Shown here one piece after another: positions 53,257 to 59,693 of a stretch of DNA of 59,693 nt. The position numbers were made by a program, and so were the translations under genes. The notes under the pieces are model-generated. The model was not told the origin of the DNA and did no database searches. It was given only the letters and a program-made list of their open reading frames with translations. Position 1 is the stretch's first letter. Each line of letters opens with the position of its first letter. Origin of the DNA: Thermoplasmatota archaeon (GTDB lineage: Archaea; Thermoplasmatota; E2; JACPAO01; JAHFTW01); the NCBI GenBank assembly GCA_041601615.1, contig JBFIHX010000015.1:1-59693 (forward strand). The letters run 5' to 3'.

Positions 53257-53784
53257 ATGCGAGGTAAGGCTCCTGTTGCCGTCCTGCTGGCATCGGTGTT
53301 TCTCTTCTCCGGTTGCGCGACCCTCCCCGACATTCCCGACGACGCGGTGCGCGTGCAGCAACCGGGACTCGACGGCTTGGAATTGGCAGCCTGGATTGAA
53401 CAACGGGACGGCTACACCTACCTTCGCGCGATCGCCACCAACGACAGCCCATCGGACTACGAGACCAAGGAGGACTGCGGGTACCTCTGGCAATCCGAGC
53501 TGACCGACGAAAACGGCACAGCCTTCGTCTACAAGCAGCCATCGGACGAAAAATGCGACTGGGCATACTACTACCTGTTTGCCGGCGAACACAAGGAATT
53601 CCTACACACATGGGACGGCCGCTTCTGGATTGGCGACACCCCGAGCGATGCAGAGGCCTGGGACGCGCCGCCGGGCAACTACACCTGGACGCTGCGCTTC
53701 CTGCTGCGCGGTGGCAGCGACCATGACACCTTCGAGCCCGTGCCGGGCAAGTTCCTGGAAGCGCAAGTTGCGTTCCAAGTATAG
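53257..53784 (+). CDS. lipoprotein, Ig-like (BsuPI-like)
   Basis: FSGC lipobox; WDG...PPGNYT. Confidence 0.7.
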   Translation: MRGKAPVAVLLASVFLFSGCATLPDIPDDAVRVQQPGLDGLELAAWIEQRDGYTYLRAIATNDSPSDYETKEDCGYLWQSELTDENGTAFVYKQPSDEKCDWAYYYLFAGEHKEFLHTWDGRFWIGDTPSDAEAWDAPPGNYTWTLRFLLRGGSDHDTFEPVPGKFLEAQVAFQV

Positions 53785-53873
53785 AGCACCCAAGGCGCCT
53801 TTCGTGCCCCCAAGCGGCACCAAGATGGTCCAATCTGCATAGTTTTTATCATCACAGCTGGGCTGGTTGCCTC

Positions 53874-54827
53874 GTGCGTTTGTGGCATATTGTAGTGGTT
53901 GCACCTCTGATTTTCTCGGGTTGCCTATATGAAGCTTCGGCACCAGCCTGGGACGCCCGACATGAGTGCTTGGGCTCGGAATCCTCCGCGTATGGGCCCC
54001 TGCCTGGAGGATGGGGCGCAGCCCACAGCAATGAGAGCATGAAGTACTTGGAGTTTGCAGCCGCGCGCCCAGGAATTCCGATTGGCCCCGGAATCGAGGC
54101 CATGCTGGGGACCCCCGGCAACATCACCGAATTTCGGTGGCGTGTCGATGGCGGAGCAGTGGAGGAAATCGATTTCATTTCCCACGAAAACAATCGCCTG
54201 CTTTCGCCTGAATTCCTGCAGGTGCGCTTGAAGCCTGATGGGAACGGTTCGTCCTTGTATGCTGAGCTCGGAGGCGCCATGGATGCCAGTGGGGACTCAG
54301 ACGAGTTGGCTCGTACCGTGCAAGCATTCCTGGAGCAACTCATCGGTGATCAAGACGAAAACGAGGCATTGGCGCAGAGATTCATTGCATACCAAAGCGA
54401 AAGGGGCGCAATCCGGCAAGTGCCCATTGGATACGATGGGTCCAGGCATGAACCACAGGCCCCGCCAGAGCCACCCGAATTCCGACTTCCCGCAGTCCCT
54501 TGGTCGGCGGCCTCGCTGATGGCATGGCATGCCTCAAATGAGACTATACGGGACGGCAACGGGCGCCTTGAATTTGTTCGCGGGCCTTGGAGCTGGACCG
54601 TGTCTGTGGACCAGGTCAGCAACAGCACGGAGATGCCTGGAGCACGATGGTGGATTTGGGTGGACGCCCGAGACCAAGCCATGGTGAACGTCGCCTCTCT
54701 TGCGCCGTCCAATGCAACTGAATTCCAGGATGCGACGCGCCTGCAATTTGCAATCCTTGGTCTCCCGGCCCCTGAAACGGAGGATTGGCATTGGTCCCCG
54801 ATGCGCCAGGAAGCGTTCGTGTGCTGA
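53874..54827 (+). CDS. hypothetical lipoprotein
   Basis: FSGC lipobox. Confidence 0.65.
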   Translation: MRLWHIVVVAPLIFSGCLYEASAPAWDARHECLGSESSAYGPLPGGWGAAHSNESMKYLEFAAARPGIPIGPGIEAMLGTPGNITEFRWRVDGGAVEEIDFISHENNRLLSPEFLQVRLKPDGNGSSLYAELGGAMDASGDSDELARTVQAFLEQLIGDQDENEALAQRFIAYQSERGAIRQVPIGYDGSRHEPQAPPEPPEFRLPAVPWSAASLMAWHASNETIRDGNGRLEFVRGPWSWTVSVDQVSNSTEMPGARWWIWVDARDQAMVNVASLAPSNATEFQDATRLQFAILGLPAPETEDWHWSPMRQEAFVC

Positions 54828-54864
54828 GCCGAGGCTGTTGCTTCCCCGCCCCGTCCGGTCGTGT

Positions 54865-55659
54865 CTACCTCATCGCCTGAAAGATCGCCCCAAACGGACC
54901 CACTGCATCTTGGCCGCCGTCCACCACGAGGCAGGCGCCGGTGACAAAACTCGCTGCAGGACTGGCGAGGTACAGGCAGGCGTCGGCGATTTCTCGCGCC
55001 TCGGCCATGCGTGCCATGGGGGTGCTCTTGACCACGGCGTCCGCGAGTCCGAGGTCTTCTCCGAGCCGTTTCATGCCCTCGGTGCCACCCACGGGGCCCG
55101 GGCTGACGGCATTGCAGCGTACACTGGGCGCCCATTCGACTGCGAGGCTCTTGGTGAGGTTCAAGACCGCTGCCTTTGCCGCGCCGCTGTGGCTCACACC
55201 TGGCGCTCCAGTCCAAGCGTACCCCGCGACGATGTTGAGGACACTCCCGCCGCCGGCTCGGCCCAGCATCGGTTCGGCAAATGCACGCGTGGCGTTGACG
55301 GTGCCGCCCACGACAATGTCTTGCACGCTTTGCCATGCGTTGTGGCTCATGGCCGAAAAGGGCGTGGGAAAATTGCCCGCCGCCGCGTTCACCAATACGT
55401 CCACAGGACCCACCAATTTGGCAATCTCGGCAAGCCGTTCCGCGTCGCGCACGTCCGCCGAATGCCACGTCACGCCGTGCCCGAGGTCCGCTGCCGCGGC
55501 CTTGAGTTTCTCCTCATTGCGCGACACCAGAACCACTTCGGCGCCGTGCTCGGCAAATGCACGGCTGATTGCCAACCCGATTCCACTTGCGCCTCCTGTG
55601 ATGACCACGCGCTTGGATGCAAACAAATCTTGGCGAAACGACGATGTAGATACGGCCAC
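54865..55659 (-). CDS. short-chain dehydrogenase (2,4-dienoyl-CoA reductase-like)
   Basis: ITGGASGIG, NAAAGNF, HSGAAK, VVDGG. Confidence 0.9.
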   Translation of the reverse strand: MAVSTSSFRQDLFASKRVVITGGASGIGLAISRAFAEHGAEVVLVSRNEEKLKAAAADLGHGVTWHSADVRDAERLAEIAKLVGPVDVLVNAAAGNFPTPFSAMSHNAWQSVQDIVVGGTVNATRAFAEPMLGRAGGGSVLNIVAGYAWTGAPGVSHSGAAKAAVLNLTKSLAVEWAPSVRCNAVSPGPVGGTEGMKRLGEDLGLADAVVKSTPMARMAEAREIADACLYLASPAASFVTGACLVVDGGQDAVGPFGAIFQAMR

Positions 55660-55729
55660 GGGGGCGAAACGGCCCTATCATTGATAGGCCCGAGGGTTGA
55701 GAACTGCGACAGGACCTTCAGCGGTGCGG

Positions 55730-55736
55730 TATATAT
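55730..55736 (+). promoter_or_regulatory. TATA box
   Basis: TATATAT about 24 nt upstream of TTG 55760. Confidence 0.5.
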
Positions 55737-55759
55737 CTGGGGGGTCATACGGCCACTCG

Positions 55760-57049
55760 TTGGCCCGTCTCAACCCCGCGCAGCACCGACTTCTCAAGCG
55801 GCATGTCGACCGCTCCACCGAGGCCCTCGAGGAAGCAGACAGGCTTCTCAAGGGGCTTGCCACGCAGGAACTAGCGGACGCCATTCAGGCGGTCCAAAGG
55901 GTCCTGCAACGCATCGATTTCGAGGAAGCCCGCATGGTCGCCTTCGACCTTGCCGAGTTGCCCCCATCGCTGGTGCCCTACCTAGAGAGTCCCTTCGCGC
56001 AAGCGATTTGCTTCAACCAGTATTGCGCCGACCAGGACCTGAGCCACACGCGAGGCCAGAAGTCTTGGGGAGGCGGGAGTGCCGCGATCGCGGCGCGCAA
56101 CTTGCCCTTCCTGCCGCCAGTCTTCGGCGAGTTGTGGGACGATGGCTTGCTGGATAAGACGCGACTCGTGGCAATCGCCAATCGCAACCTCACCGACGAA
56201 GCGTACCTCGAAGTAGCAGAATTGGTGCGCACGCGCCACAAGGAGGACGTGGACGAGCGCCTGCTCAAGATGCCTGCCACGGCGCTCCGCGTTGGCCGTC
56301 GAGGCCCGGAGCAGGCCATGGAGGCCGCAGAGGCCCATGGCTGGCTGGACGCCTTCAGGCGCGTGGAAATCGCCGAGGACTTGGTGCAAGAGGCAAACGT
56401 GCCCGCCAGCGGCGACGAAGCACCCCAAAAGGAGACTCCAGCGGACCATGCCTTGCGCGATTTGCGTGCGGCGCTGGGCGGCGCTCGTGTCAGCGAGGAA
56501 ATCGTTCGAAACCTTCGACTGAGTCCCGATCCGAATGTGCTCGTGGAGAAGTTCATTGCGGCACACCGCAAGGCTGGCGACACGGACCCGGAGGAGATCA
56601 CCAAGACGCTCTTCTACGCCCACGCTGGGCCGATGCAGAAGCTCGTGGCGGACGACAAGCTCCTTCTTCGTCACTTCCGGCCGGTCAAAACCCAGAAGCG
56701 CGGTCAGTTGTTCTATCGCCTCTTGGAGGTCATTGAGGAGGCTCTGCTCGAAAAGCAGCACCTTGCAGATGTGGACGCTCGGGGGCTGTCCGAGGAAGAA
56801 GCGACGGTGGCCGTTCGACGGGTCCTCGACGATTTGAACAAGGACCCCAACCGCTACCTCGTCATTCCCGACGAATGGCTGGGTGAAGTGACGCGCCGCC
56901 ACATGTACTTTGGATCGCGCACCCGCAAAGAGGGCGCCGCCTACAAGTGGTTCCGGAAGATTGGCGCCATCTACTTCCTTGGTGGCCACAAGACCAGCGA
57001 AGAAATCGCCGACAAGGAGCGAAGAAAGGCTGAGAAGGCCGAAGGGTAG
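55760..57049 (+). CDS. hypothetical helical protein (about 430 aa)
   Basis: Long ORF with typical codon use; start inferred from the TATA position (ORF open from 55697). Confidence 0.7.
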   Translation: MARLNPAQHRLLKRHVDRSTEALEEADRLLKGLATQELADAIQAVQRVLQRIDFEEARMVAFDLAELPPSLVPYLESPFAQAICFNQYCADQDLSHTRGQKSWGGGSAAIAARNLPFLPPVFGELWDDGLLDKTRLVAIANRNLTDEAYLEVAELVRTRHKEDVDERLLKMPATALRVGRRGPEQAMEAAEAHGWLDAFRRVEIAEDLVQEANVPASGDEAPQKETPADHALRDLRAALGGARVSEEIVRNLRLSPDPNVLVEKFIAAHRKAGDTDPEEITKTLFYAHAGPMQKLVADDKLLLRHFRPVKTQKRGQLFYRLLEVIEEALLEKQHLADVDARGLSEEEATVAVRRVLDDLNKDPNRYLVIPDEWLGEVTRRHMYFGSRTRKEGAAYKWFRKIGAIYFLGGHKTSEEIADKERRKAEKAEG

Positions 57050-57052
57050 CAA

Positions 57053-57298
57053 CTAGCAGTTGGTTCCTAGGGCGTAGCATGAGGTGTTGTCGATGAGGCC
57101 GATGACGCTGCCGCCTCCGAAGATGATGCCGTCCGTTTCGGCGCATTGCTGGGCGGAGTAGTCGATGGTGGCACCTACGACGCCGCCATAGGTGGACGTG
57201 TAGTTGCAGACAGGTGCAAGTGGCCCTGCACTGGCGGCAGGGGCGGCAGCGAGGGCAACCATGGCAAGGCAGGCGGCGGCGAGGAGGAAAGCGCGCAT
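57053..57298 (-). CDS. small secreted 4-Cys peptide
   Basis: Ala-rich signal peptide; mature region about 57 aa, Gly-rich, with four Cys. Confidence 0.6.
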   Translation of the reverse strand: MRAFLLAAACLAMVALAAAPAASAGPLAPVCNYTSTYGGVVGATIDYSAQQCAETDGIIFGGGSVIGLIDNTSCYALGTNC

Positions 57299-57359
57299 CG
57301 CACCCCAGATGCCATTGCATTCAAGGCATTGATTCGGGACGAGCAGAAACGAAAACGAA

Positions 57360-58304
57360 TCAGTTCGGCAATGTGTCGCCTGCCAAGATCGACCATTCGT
57401 CCGGCAGCGGCAGGACATAGGCGAGGGTCACGATCAACTCGAAGGGCTGCTCGAAGAGGATGCCATTCTGCTCGTCGCTGGCCCAAACGAACACCGAAAA
57501 CCGGGTTTCGGGTGTAATTTCGAGGCTTTCGAGGCTTGCGTCGCCAAAGAAGTAGTTGTCTCCGCCTTGTTCGCCGTCATCGTTGCGCAAGACGAGGGGA
57601 CTGGGGCCGCGCTTGTCGTCGATGAGTGCCTCGTAGTCGCAGATGGGTGCGCAGTCGTGCTCCGTGAACAATCCCGCATGGACTTGCCCTTCTTGCACGC
57701 CGCCGCCCACGGTGAGGGTTGGCTCCCAGACCAGTTCTGCGACGATGGTTCGAAGCAGGTCGCCATCGGTCCAGAAGTCCACTTGGGCATGGTTTTCCGG
57801 GTGGCCGCCGATGCGGCCCATGGTCGGAACCCCGAGACCTTCGCCGCATTCCTCGCTGATGAGCGTCGCGGTGCTGCTGGAGCAAAATACGTAGCCCGCC
57901 AGCAGCGTCTGGCTTGTGTAGGGATCGCTGCTGAACAGCCTCGTCATTTGGATCTTCAGGATATCTGGATAATTTTCTCCGGCCACCACTTCGGAAACCG
58001 CTTGGACCGTGCCAAACAGAGGGTGCTTGGCCACGACCTGGTAGAAGCCGGGGGCAAGGTCTTCAAAAGTGAATACACCGTTTTCTTCGGTTGTGGTGTT
58101 GCGGGACGCGCCTTGCACCTCGATGGTTGCGTTGAAAATCGGCACGACCCCTTCATCCACAACCACGCCCCGGATCCCCTGGAATGGCTCCGTGTAACAG
58201 ATATCACAGCATGTGTGACCAACATCGCAAACGGTTGGAGATTCATCAACACATCCGGACCATGCCGGGACCATGAGAACCAGAAGGAGGGCTGCCCACC
58301 GCAT
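57360..58304 (-). CDS. lipoprotein with carboxypeptidase-regulatory-like domain
   Basis: WSGC lipobox; GIRGVVVD..VPI..ATI...G.F.F..L.PG.Y. Confidence 0.8.
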   Translation of the reverse strand: MRWAALLLVLMVPAWSGCVDESPTVCDVGHTCCDICYTEPFQGIRGVVVDEGVVPIFNATIEVQGASRNTTTEENGVFTFEDLAPGFYQVVAKHPLFGTVQAVSEVVAGENYPDILKIQMTRLFSSDPYTSQTLLAGYVFCSSSTATLISEECGEGLGVPTMGRIGGHPENHAQVDFWTDGDLLRTIVAELVWEPTLTVGGGVQEGQVHAGLFTEHDCAPICDYEALIDDKRGPSPLVLRNDDGEQGGDNYFFGDASLESLEITPETRFSVFVWASDEQNGILFEQPFELIVTLAYVLPLPDEWSILAGDTLPN

Positions 58305-58366
58305 ACGGGAAGAGAAGGGGGGAGAGGTTTGAGGATTGTTGTCGCCCGAGGGGGCGATTCGTCGGC

Positions 58367-59332
58367 CTAGAACGGCTTGTCGTCGCCGCTGATGAGGCTG
58401 TATTCTTCGCCCACAGGCAGCACGTAGCCGATGGTGACGAACATCTCATAGGATTGCTCCAGAAGGACGCCCACTTGGTCCGCTGCGTAGGTGAACGTGG
58501 TGAATCGGGACTCCGTGGTGAAGTTGGAGGCCACCAGTTCTTCGGGACCCACATAGGCCTTCAAGGGGCTGTTGGAGATGACGCTGCCGAATCCGTAGTC
58601 GGCCCCACAGAGGGGGTCGCAAACGTAGTTGATGTGGTAGCTTGTGCGGAATTTGCCGCCTTCGCTGGCACTGACTTCAAGGCTGGGCTCCCAGACTTGT
58701 TCGATGGTGATGCTGCGTGCCAACTTGCTGTCCATGTACCATTCTTGGCCGGCTTTATTGGAGGGGTTCTGAAGCACGCGCTCGCCGGGCATGATGGGGT
58801 TGTCGACGCAGGAGGGCGGGTGGTTGATCAGGAAGCAACTGGAGCGGGGAATGCCAACACCCTCGCCGCATTCTTCCGAGTAGAAGGCGGGCGTGTTCAG
58901 CGAGCAGGAGATGTATCCACTGAAGGCAACCTGGCTGATGTAGGGCGTCTCGTCGATGAGGCGCGTCAATTGGATGCGCACGGCGGGCGGCCGGGCGACG
59001 CCTGCTTCCACGATGGCGCTTTGTTGGACCGTGTCATGGAGAGGGTGCGATGCGGTCAGGAAGTAGGTGCCTGCTTCGAGGCCATTGAACAGGAACAAGC
59101 CGGCTTCGTCGGTTTGGACCGATTGACCAAGGCCGTCAAGGACGACCGTGACGCCGGCCACGGGAACAATCGACTGGTCCACGACCACCCCGCGAATGCC
59201 GCCGGTGGTTTCCGTGGCTTCAATGGACGGGCCGTTGTCGATGGGCTCGTCGCCCGTATTTTCGGCGCAACCAGCAAGCACCGAGGCCGTCAGCACGAGC
59301 AGACATAGCGTAGAGAGAATTGGTCGACCCAC
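58367..59332 (-). CDS. lipoprotein with carboxypeptidase-regulatory-like domain (tandem paralog)
   Basis: LAGC lipobox; GGIRGVVVDQSIVPV; shares SEECGEG.G.P with its neighbour; start 59332 or 59365. Confidence 0.8.
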   Translation of the reverse strand: MGRPILSTLCLLVLTASVLAGCAENTGDEPIDNGPSIEATETTGGIRGVVVDQSIVPVAGVTVVLDGLGQSVQTDEAGLFLFNGLEAGTYFLTASHPLHDTVQQSAIVEAGVARPPAVRIQLTRLIDETPYISQVAFSGYISCSLNTPAFYSEECGEGVGIPRSSCFLINHPPSCVDNPIMPGERVLQNPSNKAGQEWYMDSKLARSITIEQVWEPSLEVSASEGGKFRTSYHINYVCDPLCGADYGFGSVISNSPLKAYVGPEELVASNFTTESRFTTFTYAADQVGVLLEQSYEMFVTIGYVLPVGEEYSLISGDDKPF

Positions 59333-59514
59333 AGGAATCACCCTTCGACCCTCGGCCAACGACATAAGCGTTGTGCGACGGCGAAGGGAGGAAGGGATCC
59401 GAGCTGTGCCTGATGAAGGAGCCCGTGTCGGCTTCAAATGGAAGGTGTTGGAGGAGGGAGAAACGGGAGGTGGAAGAAGGGAGATAGGCTCGGGGCACAC
59501 CTTGGCTCTAAGCA

Positions 59515-59693
59515 ACCATTGCAACAGTCTCTTTGCCGCCCTCAAACCCCAGGCAGCAGGGTCCCCAGCCTAGGGGCTTCCAGCCCCTCGGAGTACCCCT
59601 GGAAGGCCGCCGTCCTTCGGACGACGACCTAGGGCGAAGTGAGGCCTAGGCTACCATTGCAACCGTCTCTTTGCCGCCCTCAAACCCCAAGCA
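59515..59693. repeat. 41-bp direct repeat (59515-59555 and 59653-59693) flanking a hairpin element
   Basis: ACCATTGCAAC(A/C)GTCTCTTTGCCGCCCTCAAACCCCA(G/A)GCA, 39/41 identical, period 138 bp; the window ends in the second copy. Confidence 0.85.
59568..59636 (-). repeat. dispersed 69-bp double-hairpin element, copy B
   Basis: Reverse complement aligns without gaps to 50286-50354. Confidence 0.8.

Noticed and set aside
59515-59693. Possible CRISPR array
   Set aside because: Only two repeats, a 97-bp self-structured spacer that is itself a dispersed repeat, and no cas genes

Overview
High-GC archaeal chromosomal segment, most likely Thermoplasmatota (inferred from egsA, GGGP/DGGGP synthases, archaeosine TGT, proteasome beta, PPS, NadX, Mre11-Rad50-NurA-HerA and many PG-CTERM surface proteins). 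Housekeeping content: an ether-lipid operon (ferredoxin, GGR, DGGGPS, GGGPS, haloarchaeal-type phosphomevalonate decarboxylase), tRNA-Pro(GGG), a double-strand-break repair operon, NAD/CoA genes, tgtA, psmB, trmJ and a VapBC pair. The main finding is a compact four-gene cyanophycin cluster (isoaspartyl peptidase, cyanophycinase, CphA, and a second CphA paralog) in an archaeal context. The second synthetase has lost the N-domain hydrolase and ATP-grasp catalytic motifs but keeps an intact Mur-ligase domain. Also notable: a dispersed 69-bp hairpin element present twice with five compensatory base-pair changes and GNA triloops, a TgtA with no Zn ligands, a CBM42-copper radical oxidase without a signal peptide, a variant (E/D)(S/A)PG C-terminal sorting signal on five proteins, and a GC-skew flip near the tRNA. 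All calls come from reading motifs by eye; no database searches were run.
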